The notes under the pieces are model-generated. The model was not told where the DNA came from and did no database searches. It was given only the letters and a program-made list of their open reading frames with translations. Source: Macrostomum lignano (taxonomy: Eukaryota). From it: a DNA stretch of 64,000 nt. The position numbers were made by a program, and so were the translations under genes. Below, in pieces: positions 52,901 through 64,000 of this stretch. The stretch lies in assembly GCA_002269645.1 (NCBI GenBank), contig NIVC01001332.1, forward strand, positions 1-64,000, in the 5' to 3' direction. How positions within the stretch are numbered: position 1 is the stretch's first letter; every line of letters begins with the position of its first letter.

Positions 52901-55900
52901 GGGGCGAAGATTGCTAGTCCTATATACTAAAAATGAGTTGTCTGTGGGTAGGTATGCGATAGATTTCAGAAAAATTGGCTCAACCGATTTTCTTCAAACT
53001 TGCACCATTCGATCAGAAAATTTCCTGGGACGGTACATGCATCTTGGCTAAGAAATTGCTCAATGTTAAAAGGATTAAATATTCGAAAAACATGCTTTTT
53101 TGCAAAGGTCAAGCAAAATTTTCGACTTGAAATGCATTGTAAGAATGCTAGAGAAAAAACTGACTGGCTGAATTCCGATTGTGATAAAGATTGCATCACA
53201 ACAAGTTGAAAACAGTGTCAAAGAAATGCACACACGACTTGATTTAAATTGCGTAACCATATTGCCAACTTAAATTGAGACTGATACTGGCTGACTGAGA
53301 AATTGATTATGTCATAACTTTTACTCCAATTGACTTGCTGTAAGAATTGAATTATAAGGGCCACAATTCGTGTTCTCCAATTGAAAAAGATAGCCCAGAT
53401 GCGAACAGACTGGAATGCTAATGTAGCGACCTGGGTTCGAATCTTAGTAGTGCAAAAAAGATTTTTTTTTATTAAAACACCTTAAAAACACAAAACTTCT
53501 AAACATAAAAGAAGCGCAATGTCAAACATAGAAAAGCCACCATGTCGAACATAAAAGAGCCAACATATCGAATATTAAAGAGCCACCATGTCAAACCTAA
53601 ACGAGCCACCATGTCTAATATTTAAGAGGCACCATGTAAAACATATAAGTGACTTTATGTCAAACATAAAAGAGCCACCATTTCGAACATTAAACAGCCA
53701 CCATTTCGAACATTAAAGAGCCACCATGTCAAACATAAAAGAGCCAATATGTCAAACATAAAAGAGCCACCATGTCGAACATAAAAGAGCCACCATGTCG
53801 AACATAAAAGAGCCGCCATGTAAAACATTAAAGAGCCACCATGTGAAACATTAAAGAGCAACCATGTTAAACATTTAAGAGCCTTCGTGTCAAACCTAGA
53901 AGAGCCACCATGTCGAACATAACAGAGCTACCATGTCAAACATTAAAGAGCCACCATGTCAAACATTCAAAAGCCACATTGTCATACATTAAAGAGCCAT
54001 TATGTCGTACATTAAAGAGCCACCATTTCGAACATTAAAGAGCCACCATATCGAACATAAAAGAGCCACTATTTTGAACATTAAAGAGCCACCATTTCAA
54101 ACATAAAAGAGCCAACATGTCGAACATTAAAGAGCCACCATGTCAAAAATAAAAGAGCCACTATTTCGAACATCAAAGAGCCACTATGTCAAACATTTAG
54201 GAGCCACTTTTTCGAACATTAAAGAGCCACCATGTCAAACATAAAAGAGCCAACATGTCAAACATAAAAGAGCCAACATGTCAAACATAAACAGCCACCA
54301 TGTCAAACATTTAAGAGCCACCATGTCAAACATATATGTGACTTTGTGTTAAACATTAAAGAGTCACCATTTCAAACATTAAAGAGCCACCATGTCAAAC
54401 ATGAAAGAGCTATAACATGAAGAATATTAAAGAGCCACCATGTCGAACATAAAAGAGCCGCCTTGTAAAATAACAAAGAGCTAGCATGTTAAACATAAAA
54501 GAGCCACCATGTAAAACATTAAAGAGCCATTATGTCGTACATTAAAGAGCCACCATGTGAAACATAACAGAGCTACCATGTCAAACATTAAAGAGCCACC
54601 ATGTCAAACATTCAAAAGCCACATTGTCAAACATTAAAGAGCCATTATGTCGTACATTAAAGAGCCACCATTTCGAACATTAAGGAGCCACCATGTCAAA
54701 AATTTAAAAGCCACCTTGTCAAACATTAAATAGCCACTTTGTCGAACATTAAAGAGCCACTGTGTCAAACATAAAAGAGCCACTGTTTCAAACATAAAAG
54801 AGCCACCATGTAAAACATAAAAGAGCCACCATGTCTGACATTAAAAAGCCATCGTTTCAAACATAAAACAGTTGCCATGTAGAACATAAAACAGCCACCA
54901 TGTCAAACATAAAATTTACACAATTTCAAACATAAAAGTAAGCGAATTTTAAAGGAGCCACTATAATGCTAAGGAAATTGTAGCACTAGCTACTTATTGT
55001 CTGGTGGATGCTTGCTATTTGGGGATGCTATCTATGTAGGGATGCTTGCTATCTGGCGGATGCTTGCTATCTGGGGGATGCTTGCTATCTGGGGGATGCT
55101 TGCTATCCGGGGTTGCTTGTAATCTGGAAGATGCTTGCTATCTGGGGGATGCTTGCTGTCTTGGGATGATTTCTTTTTGCATTGCACTTCCTTTGAGTAC
55201 TTTGTCTGTTTTCTTTGTGAAGGCCTTTTTTGGCTATCTTTTTGTTACTTGTAGAGAACAGAGGTTCTATACAGATGTCCCCCAACGGGGGGCAAAGATT
55301 GCTAGTCCTATATACTAAAAATGAAATGTCTGTATATGGGTATGCGATAGATTTCAGAAAAATTGGCTCAACTGATTTTCTTCAAACTTGCACCATTTGA
55401 TCAGAAATTTTCCTGGGACGGTACATGCATCTTGGCTAAAAAATTGCTCAATTTTAAAGGAATTAAATATTCGAAAAACATGCTTTTTTGCAAAGGTCAA
55501 GCAGCTCTTTCGACCTGGAATGCATTGGAAGAATGCTAGAGAAAAAACTGACTGGCTGAATTCCGATTGTAATAAAGATTGCATCACAACAATTTGAAAA
55601 CGGTGTCGAAGAAATGCACACCCGACTTGATTAAAATTGCGTAACCATATTGCTAACTTAAATTGAGACTGATACTGGCTGACTGAGAAATTGATTATGT
55701 CATAACTTTCTACTCCAATTGACTTGCTGTAAGAATTGAATTATAAGGGCCACAATTCATGTTCTCCAAATCAAAAGAGATAGCCCAGATGCGAACAGAC
55801 TGGGATGCTAAAGTAGCGACATGGGTTCGAATCTTAGTAGTGCAAAAAGATTTTTTTATTAAAACACATTAAAAACACAAAACTGCTAAACATAAAAGAA

Positions 55901-58900
55901 GCACAATGTCAAACATAGAAGAGCCACCATATTGAACATTAAAGAGCCACCATGTCGAACATTAAAGAGTCACCATGTCGAACATTAAAGAGCCACCATG
56001 TCAAAAACTAAAAAGCCACCATGTCTAACATTAAAGAGCCACCATGTAAAACATTTACGTGACTCCATGCCAAATATATACGTGACTCCATGTCACACAT
56101 AAAAGAGCCACCATGTAAAACATATACATATGACTCCATAACAAACATTAAACAGCCACCATGTCGAACATTAAAGAGCCATCATGTCAAACATAAGAGA
56201 GCCACCATGTTGAACATTAAAGAGCCACTATGTCAAACATTAAAGAGCCACCATGTCAAAAACTAAAAAGCCACCATGTCTAACATTAAAGAGCCACCAT
56301 GTAAAACATTTACGTGACTCCATGCCAAATATATACGTGACTCCATGTCACACATAAAAGAGCCACCATGTAAAACATATACATATGACTCCATAACAAA
56401 CATTAAACAGCCACCATGTCGAACATTAAAGAGCCATCATGTCAAACATAAGAGAGCCACCATGTTGAACATTAAAGAGCCACTATGTCAAACATTAAAG
56501 AGCCACCATGTCAAACATATACGTGACTCCATGCCAAATATATACATGACTCCATGCCAAACACATACATGACTCCATGTCAAACATTAAAGAGCCACCA
56601 TGTCACACATTAAAGAGCCAACATGTCAAACATTAAAGAGCCACCATGTAAAGCATATATGTGACTCCATGCCAAATATATACATGACTCCATGTCTAAC
56701 ACATACGTGACTCCATGTCAAACATTAAAGAGCCACCCTGTCGAACGTTAAAGAGCCACAATGTCGAACATTTAAGAGCCACAATGTAGAACATTAAAGA
56801 GCCACAATGTTGAACATTAAAGAGGCATGATGTCAAACATCAAAAAGCCATCATGTCAAACAATAAGGAGCCACAATGTAGAACATTAAAGAGCCACCAT
56901 GTCGAACATTAAAGAGCCACCATGTCGAACATTAAAGAGCCACAATATTTAGAACATTAAAGAGCCACAATATTTAGAACATTAAAGAGCCACAATGTCA
57001 AACATAAAAGAGCCACCATGTCGAAGATTAAAGAGCCACAATGTAGAGCATTAAAGAGCCACAATGTAGAGCATTAAAGAGCCACCATGTAGAACATTAA
57101 AGAGCCACAGTGTCAAATATTAAAGAGCCACTATGTCAAACATAAAAGAGCCACCATGTCGAACATTAAAGAGCCACAATATTTAGAACACTAAAGAGCC
57201 ACAATATTTAGAACATTAAAGAGCCACAATGTCAAACATAAAAGAGCCACCATGTCGAAGATTAAAGAGCCACAGTGTCAAATATTAAAGAGCCACTATG
57301 TCAAACATAAAAGAGCCACCATGTAAAGCAAATACGTGACTCCATGTCTAACACATACGTGACTCCATGTCAAACATTAAAGAGCCTCCATGTAGAACAT
57401 TAAAGAGCCACCCTGTCTAACGTTAAAGAGCCACAATGTAGAACATTAAAGAGCCGCAATGTAGAACATTAAAGAGCTATGATGTCAAACATTAAAAAGC
57501 CATCATGTCAAACAATAAAGAGTCACAATGTAGAACATTAAAGAGCCACAATGTCAAACATTAAAGAGCGATCATTTCAAACAATAAAGAGCCACCATGT
57601 AGAACATTAAAAAGCCACCATGTAGAGCATTAAAGAGCCACAATGTAGAGCATTAAAGAGCCACCATGTTGAACATTAAAGAGCCACCATGTAGAACATT
57701 AAAGAGCCACAATTTCGAACAATAAAGAGCCACCATGTCGAACATTAAAGAGCCACCATGTCAAACATTAAAGAGCCACCATGTCAAACATTAAAGAGTC
57801 ACCATGTCAAATATTAAAGAGCCACAATGTAGAACATTAAAGAACCTCCATGTAGAACATTAAAGAGCCACCATGTCAAACATTAAAGAGCCATCATGTC
57901 AAACAATAAGGAGCCACAATGTAGAACATTAAAGAGCCACCATGTCGAACAATAAAGAGCCACCATGTCGAACATTAAAGATCCACAATATTTAGAACAT
58001 TAAAGAGCCACAATATTTAGAACATTAAAGAGCCACAATGTCAAACATTAAAGAGCCACCATGTCGAAGATTAAAGAGCCACAATGTAGAGCATTAAAGA
58101 GCCACAATGTAGAGCATTAAAGAGCCACCATGTAGAACATTAAAGAGCCACAGTGTCAAATATTAAAGAGCCACTATGTCAAACATAAAAGAGCCACCAT
58201 GTCAAACATTAAATAGCCACCATGTCAAACATTAAAGAGCCACCATATCGAACACTAAAGAGCCACCATGTCAAACATATATGTGACTCCATGTCAAATA
58301 TATACGTGACTCCATGTCACACACAAAAGAGCCCATATACACACTCCATATACATATGACTCCATAACAAAAATTAAACAGCCACCATGTCGAACATTAA
58401 AGAGCCATCATGCCAAACATAAAAGAGCCACCATGTCAAACATTAAAGAGCCACTATGTCAAACATTAAAAAGCCACCATGTCAAACATTAAAGAGCCAC
58501 CATGTCACACACTAAAGAGCCAACATGTCAAACATTAGAGCCACCATATAAAGCATATATGTGACTCCATGCCAAATATATACATGACTCCATGTCTAAC
58601 ACATACGTGACTCCATGTCAAACATTAAAGAGCCACCATGTCGAACATTAAAAAGCCACCATGTTGAACATTAAAGAGCCACCATGTCAAACAGTAAAGA
58701 GCCACGATGTCCAACATAGAAGAGCTACCAAGTTAGACATAGAAGAGCCACCATGTGAAACATATATGTGACTCCATGTCAAACATTAAAGAGCCACCGT
58801 TTCTAACATTAAGGAGCCACCATGACAAACATAAAACTGGCACGATGTCAAACATTAAAGAGCCACCATGTAGAACATTAAAGAGTCACCATGCCAAACA

Positions 58901-61900
58901 TTAAAAAGCCACGAATTCAAAAATAAAATAGCCACCATTTCAAACACAGAAGAGACATTTTCAAACGTAATAAGAAGCCTCATGCCAATCATAAAGCAGC
59001 CCCTAGAAAGCTAAGGAAATGTTGCACTATATACTTTTTGTCTGGTGGATGCTTTCCATTTAAGGATAGATACTTGCAATCAATTGGATGCTTGCTATCT
59101 GGGGGTTCTTTCTATCTGGGGTGCTTGCGATCTGAGGGATGCTTGCTATCTGGGGGTGCTTGCTATCTGGGGGTGCTTGCTATCTGGGGGGGGGAGGGGG
59201 ATGCTTGCTGTCTTGGGATGCTTTCTTTTTGCATTGTGCTTCATTTGAGCAGTTTTTCTGTTGTCTTTGTAAAGACTCTATTTGGCTGTCTTTTTGTTAC
59301 TTGTAGAGAACAGAAGTTCTATCCAGATGTCCCCCATCGGGGGGCGAAGATTGCTAGTCCTATATACTAAAAATGAGTTGTCTGTGGGTAGGTATGCGAT
59401 AGATTTCAGAAAAATTGGCTCAACCGATTTTCTTCAAACTTGCACCATTCGATCAGAAAATTTCCTGGGACGGTACATGCATCTTGGCTAAGAAATTGCT
59501 CAATGTTAAAAGGATTAAATATTCGAAAAACATGCTTTTTTGCAAAGGTCAAGCAAAATTTTCGACTTGAAATGCATTGTAAGAATGCTAGAGAAAAAAC
59601 TGACTGGCTGAATTCCGATTGTGATAAAGATTGCATCACAACAAGTTGAAAACAGTGTCAAAGAAATGCACACACGACTTGATTTAAATTGTGTAACCAT
59701 ATTGGCAACTTAAATTGAGACTGATTCTGGCTGACTGAGAAATTGATTATGTCATAACTTTTTACTCCAATTGACTTGCTGTAAGAATTGAATTATAAGG
59801 GCCACAATTTATGTTCTCCAATTGAAAAAGATAGCCCAGATGCGAACAGACTGGAATGCTAATGTAGCGACCTGGGTTCGAATCTTAGTAGGGCGAAAAA
59901 GATTTTTTTTATTAAAACACCTTAAAAACACAAAACTTCTAAACATAAAAGAAGCGCAATGTCAAACATAGAAGAGCCACCATGTCGAACATAAAAGAGC
60001 CAACATATCGAATATTAAAGAGCCACCATGTCAAACCTAAACGAGCCACCATGTCTAATATTTAAGAGGCACCATATAAAACATATAAGTGACTTTATGT
60101 CAAACATAAAAGAGCCACCATTTCGAACATTAAACAGCCACCATTTCGAAATTAAAGAGCCACCATGTCGAAAAAAAAAGAGCCACTATTTCGAACATTA
60201 AAGAGCCGCCATTTCGAACATTAAAGAGCCACCATGTCGACCATAAAAGAGCCACTATTTCGAACATCAAAGAGCCACTATGTCAAACATTTAGGAGCCA
60301 CTTTTTCGAACATTAAAGAGCCACCATATCGAACATAAAAGAGCCACTATTTTAAACATTAAAGAGCCACCATTTCGAACATAAAAGAGCCACCATGTCT
60401 ATCATTAAAGAGCCACCATGCCAAACAGTCAAAAGCCACATTGTCAAACATTAAAGAGCCACTATGTCAAACATTTAGGAGCCACTTTGTCGAACATTAA
60501 AGAGCCACCATGTCAAACATAAAAGAGCCAACATGTCAGACTTTAAAAAAGCCACCGTATCAAATATAAAAGAGTTACCATGTAGAACAAAAAAGAGCCA
60601 CCATTTCGAACAAAAACGAGCCACCATGTCAAACATAAAAGAGCCAACATATCGAATATTAAAGAGCCACCATGTCGAACATTAAAGAGCTACCACGTCA
60701 AACCTAAACGAGCCACCATGTCTAATATTTAAGAGGCACCATGTAAAACATATAAGTGACTTTATGTCAAACATAAAAGAGCCACCATTTCGAACATTAA
60801 AGAGCCACCATGTCGAACATTTAAGAGCCACCATGTTAAACCTAAAAGAGCCACCATGTTAAACCTAAAAGAGCCACCATGTTAAACCTAAAAGAGCCAT
60901 AATGTCAAACCTAAAAGAGCCACCATGTCGAACACTTAAGAGCCACAATGTAAAATATTAAAGAGCCACCATTTCGAACATATAAGTGACTTTATGTCAA
61001 ACATTAAAGAGCCACCATGTCAGACATTAAAGAGCCACCATGTAAAACAAAAGAGCCACCATTTCGAACATTTAAGAGCCACCATGTCAAACATAAAAGA
61101 GCCACCATGTAGAATATTAAAGAGCCACCATGTCAAACCTAAAAGAGCCACCATTTCAAACATTAAAGAGCCGCCATGTCAAACATTAAAGAGCCACCAT
61201 GTAAAACAAAAGAGCCACCATTTCGAACATTTAAGAGCCACCATGTCAAACATAAAAGAGCCACCATGTAGAACATTAAAGAGCCACCATGTCAAACCTA
61301 AAAGAGCCACCATGTCAAACCTAAAAGAGCCACCATGTCGAACATAAAAGAGCTATACCATGAAAAACATTAAAGAGCCACTTTCTCGAACATTAAAGAG
61401 CCACCATGTCAAACATTTAAGAGCCACCATGTCAAACGTAAAAGAGCCACCATGTAAAACATATAAGAGCCACCATGTCTGACATTAAAAAGCCATCGTT
61501 TCAAACATAAAACAGTTGCCATGTAGAACTTAAAACATCCACCATGTCAAACATAAAATTTACACAATTTCAAACATAAAAGTAAGCGAATTTTAAAGGA
61601 GCCACTATAATGCTAAGGAAATTGTCGCACTAGCTACTTATTGTCTGGTGGATGCTTGCTATTTGGGGATGCTATCTATGTAGGGGATGCTTGCTATCTG
61701 GCGGATGCTTGCTATCTGGGGGATGCTTGCTATCTGGGGGATGCTTGCTATCTGGGGTTGCTTGTAATCTGGAAGATGCTTGCTATCTGGGGGATGCTTG
61801 CTGTCTTGGGATGATTTCTTTTTGCATTGCACTTCCTTTGAGTATTTTGTCTGTTTTCTTTGTGAAGGCCTTTTTTGGCTATCTTTTTGTTACTTGTAGA

Positions 61901-62882
61901 GAACAGAGGTTCTATACAGATGTCCCCCAACGGGGGGCGAAGATTGCTAGTTCGGTGCTAAATTGGAATCTCGGCTTGGCTCTGCCAACCCCCAAGGCAC
62001 AGTGAAGTGTACATGCCTAACGATAAATAAAGTTAGGGCCGCTGTACACTCCTGTGTGAGTATCTGCGCGCTAGTGTGCCTGCTCAGAGGAGTACAAGCC
62101 CCCTGCGGAGCTTTCAGACTGCTTCTTACTTTTATATATGCCAGTGAAACCCGCAAAACCTATTTCATATCCCAACTTCTAACATTTTCCAAGCCTTAAC
62201 TACTGCTAGTAGCGTAAAAGCAAATCTACTGTATAGTAGAAATATACGTGAAATACGTTAACTACGTGTATAAAATGGTACAAATTTATTCTGTCGCTTA
62301 CTACTAGTAAGAACAGTAGTTTCTTAAATAATTTTTTCCAGACACAGCAACATTTCATCACCCTCACCCGGGCAGGTTCACGATCGGGTGATGCGCTACA
62401 TAAAACCTGAGCACGGCATCAAGGTGCAAGTGCAAAGCGTTGAACGCATAGAAAACCCCGTCTTAGACCGGCGCCTATTCGAATGCTACGATCAGCTGCA
62501 GAAGAAGAACTGCGTACCCGAGCTGCTGTTCCACGGCACCCGTGGCGACATTGCTGAGAAAATCATCGCCGAAGGTTTCCGCGTCGGCGCCGGTGGCATG
62601 TTCGGCGCCGGGATCTACTTTGCCACGGATACGACTAAGAGCGCGCAGTACTGCCGGGAGAACGGCGTGAAATCCCTGCTCCTATGCGAAGTGGTGCTTG
62701 GCAAGACTATGGTGTGCAAAGCGCCTAGGCAGGATTTGAATTTGCAGGTGGTCACGGATGCCGGCTATGACTCTGTGTTTGCCAAACGGAACACCAATAA
62801 CAATGGCGGGGTGGCCAATGATGAGTACATTGTGTACCGGCCTGAGCAGGCCACTCCGAGGTATCTGATCAAGTTTCAATGA
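25308..62882 (+). CDS. Predicted 623-aa HOIL-1L/SHARPIN-like protein fused to a PARP domain: LTM-like helix, UBL, 3x NZF, CGH/CxxC linker, ART catalytic domain
   Basis: Exons 25308-25922, 27688-27855, 28448-28621, 29074-29250, 30214-30444 and 62376-62882, all phase 0. The junction TAVEYFR|VHDRVMRY rebuilds the helix that opens PARP catalytic domains. No other coding sequence was found in the 31.9-kb last intron. Confidence 0.65.
25995..26600. repeat. 28-bp minisatellite (GCCAGCCTCCCAGATCCTCAGTTGCTGG)n
   Basis: About 21 units; intronic. Confidence 0.97.
26990..27660. repeat. ~43-bp diverged minisatellite containing the palindrome GGGATC-TT-GATCCC
   Basis: About 15 diverged units ending just before the acceptor at 27687. 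Confidence 0.9.
27688..27855 (+). CDS. Exon 2: NZF (RanBP2-type) zinc finger 1
   Basis: PHWECPTCTCWNPIRRPGCQGCATDRP...; sites CCGCAG| and AAT|GTGAGT. Confidence 0.85.
27940..28390. repeat. ~20-bp purine-rich diverged minisatellite (GAGTGACCAGATAGGGAAA-like)
   Basis: Recurrent GTGACCAGATAG core. Confidence 0.85.
28448..28621 (+). CDS. Exon 3: NZF zinc finger 2 with HOIL-1L-like tail; GC-AG donor
   Basis: PGWRCPICTYKNPPHRPGCAGCAADRPDGYEPPDGYEPPEDPEQQRLEQLL. Acceptor TCCTTCAG|, donor CAG|GCAAG; the frame hits a stop shortly after if unspliced. Confidence 0.8.
29074..29250 (+). CDS. Exon 4: NZF zinc finger 3 with HOIL-1L-like tail
   Basis: [41 protein letters not shown]; sites TTTTTCAG| and AAG|GTAAGA. 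Confidence 0.88.
29345..30160. repeat. 21/22-bp alternating minisatellite (GGTATAGAAAACCCACAACCT / ...CAATCGG), 43-bp dimer
   Basis: Two alternating unit variants, degenerating towards the left end. Confidence 0.95.
30214..30444 (+). CDS. Exon 5: linker with CGH...CSRC and the start of the PARP N-terminal helix
   Basis: ENRMQMVSRQFDCGHEEKISWYANFRRINNQFCSRCW...EDDEDTAVEYFR. Acceptor CCGCAG| (an alternative AG lies at 30178-30179); donor AGG|GTGAGC. Confidence 0.6.
30477..30551 (+). mobile_element. tRNA-derived SINE-like head interrupted by the Helitron array; the body probably resumes at 61951-62135
   Basis: A-box-like CCGAGTGGT, hairpin GGCAC-TCTCAT-GTGCC, and B-box-like GGCTCGATTCC. Confidence 0.4.
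31150..36080. repeat. 23-bp minisatellite (AAACATTAAAGAGCCACCATGTC)n, internal to Helitron unit 1 and repeated in every long unit
   Basis: Period measured 31201 to 31224. Further blocks of 1.5-3 kb lie in units 3, 4 and 6-11. Confidence 0.97.
36165..36670. repeat. 18-bp minisatellite (GATGCTTGCTATCTGGGG)n near the Helitron 3' end
   Basis: Period 18 (36191 to 36209). Copy number varies between units: long at 36165-36670 and 41930-42445, short elsewhere. Confidence 0.97.
62376..62882 (+). CDS. Terminal exon: PARP/ADP-ribosyltransferase catalytic domain with H-Y-E triad
   Basis: VERIENPVL, LLFHGT (H), GMFGAGIYFA (Y), SAQYC, LLLCEVVLG, YDSV, NDEYIVY (E), PRYLIKF*. Phase-0 acceptor GGGCAG| at 62375. 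Confidence 0.92.
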   Translation, partial: VHDRVMRYIKPEHGIKVQVQSVERIENPVLDRRLFECYDQLQKKNCVPELLFHGTRGDIAEKIIAEGFRVGAGGMFGAGIYFATDTTKSAQYCRENGVKSLLLCEVVLGKTMVCKAPRQDLNLQVVTDAGYDSVFAKRNTNNNGGVANDEYIVYRPEQATPRYLIKFQ

Positions 62883-63775
62883 GTTAATTACAGTGTCTTT
62901 CTTACAGTGTCCTATAGTATATTAAATGGGCGAGAGAGGTATTCTATAGTATATTGAATGAGTAATGGTATTCTGTACTATATTGAATGGGGTGAGAGGG
63001 GTATTCTGTATTACATTGAATGCTATAGTTATGTATCATACCACTTTGCAGTCTTAACCGCTCTGCCATCACTTAAATTTCCTATGCTTCAAGGCTATTT
63101 ATCCAGCCAGATGCCAAGACTTTCTATTGTTATGAATGATTTTTTCTACTGAGGAAAAAGTGCTTATGCCAAATCATACTACTACTAAATTTTTCTACTA
63201 AACTTTCAAATATTTACTACATGTAGCCGTGGCTGAAAACTTGCAACTAAAATATATCTACACAAATTCTACACGAATTGGTTTTGAATTTTTGTGTTCT
63301 TTAATAGTGCGTGCTTTCTTTACAAAAATATGATACGCTGTACGCAGCAAAAAACTGAGCAATAAACAGAAATCAAAGGTGGGTCCTTAACTTCCTACAA
63401 TAAATAATTAAATATTTCAACTGTCTTGAATTCTCTAGCTATTAGGTAAACAGATTTCTACTTGGTATTTTTATTTTTATAGTAAATTTAGTCAATATAT
63501 ACGAGTATATCAAATTTATCAAATAAAGTTAGTTCCGCAAGTATCCAGCGTTAGAGTAACAGGGTGGTGTAGCTTCAAGTGATTCAGTGATGACAGGTGG
63601 CTAAAAAGATTGATAGATTGACAGAAATACTCACCAGCGTAGGTTTAAACAGTATACATATACATATAGCTTGTAAAACGAAACCTGGGAATAAGAATCA
63701 ATGATATCTTGGATAGAATTCAGTGTTCGTTTGCATTGGCCAAATGAGTTTCTGCTCAAGTGGCAACGCTATAAA

Positions 63776-64000
63776 TTATTCAACATCCGGTAGATACGCT
63801 CCGCCAGCAAGTTTAGAACGCGACCAGCTGCTGGTCACCGCGACTTTCGTTGCTGTTTCTTGTCGCTCTTTGAAATCGCTCCGCTGCTGCCAGGTAAACA
63901 GCCGACTTCCGCCTGTGATCGGCATGTAGCCGCCAATCAGGATTCGCTTCCGCTTACCCAACCACCTGCCCAGCATCCTGCTCAACAAACTCCTGATGCA
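63776..64000 (-). CDS. Possible terminal coding exon of a convergent gene of unknown product
   Basis: The frame is open from the window edge (CIRSLLSRMLGRW...YLPDVE*) and is GC-richer than its AT-rich surroundings; no recognisable motif. Confidence 0.25.
   Translation of the reverse strand, partial: CIRSLLSRMLGRWLGKRKRILIGGYMPITGGSRLFTWQQRSDFKERQETATKVAVTSSWSRSKLAGGAYLPDVE

Larger units (their letters stand above)
30552..61950 (+). mobile_element. Head-to-tail array of 11 non-autonomous Helitron units (31.4 kb)
   Basis: 5' end A|TCTAATATAC; 3' end CCCCC-AAC-GGGGGG-CGAAGATTG-CTAG|T. Internal CTAG|TCCTATATAC junctions follow 36815, 37180, 39809, 42593, 42958, 46189, 48819, 52917, 55305 and 59357. 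No Rep/helicase ORF. Confidence 0.88.

Noticed and set aside
31150-61600. Hundreds of perfect Kozak sequences (GCCACCATG) and MSNIKEPPC / GDACYL ORFs
   Set aside because: They are part of the 23-bp and 18-bp repeat units. The ORFs are short, frame-cycling and intronic, with no sign of translation.
62388-62882. Stand-alone single-exon PARP or toxin gene as listed in the ORF track
   Set aside because: It would lack the N-terminal helix supplied by exon 5, has a phase-0 acceptor just upstream, and would leave exon 5 with a donor but no downstream exon. It is less parsimonious but not excluded.

Overview
Eukaryotic, intron-containing metazoan genomic DNA; an invertebrate such as a flatworm or other lophotrochozoan is my inference. 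It is not prokaryotic. From left to right: (1) 1-4283, the end of a Polinton/Maverick element carrying a frameshifted minor-capsid (penton) gene, an intact DDE integrase with a chromodomain, a tandem PC4-like gene, a 58-bp repeat array and a probable ACTACT terminus. (2) A spliced F-type lectin + PAN/apple-like gene with two inverted tRNA-derived SINEs. (3) Three two-exon caveolin genes, two of which form a near-identical inverted pair. (4) A four-exon Y-box cold-shock gene whose introns hold minisatellites and a MITE carrying a 28S rRNA-like segment. (5) Head-to-head with it, a gene that I reconstruct as six phase-0 exons encoding a HOIL-1L/SHARPIN-like N-terminus (LTM-like helix, UBL, three HOIL-1L-type NZF fingers) joined to a PARP catalytic domain with an H-Y-E triad instead of an RBR ligase. 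This is the most novel feature. (6) The last intron of that gene (31.9 kb) is almost entirely a head-to-tail array of 11 non-autonomous Helitron units (A|TC...hairpin-CTAG|T). Each long unit carries a tRNA-like Pol III cassette and 23-bp and 18-bp minisatellites. All gene models come from manual translation and splice-phase matching; no database searches were run.
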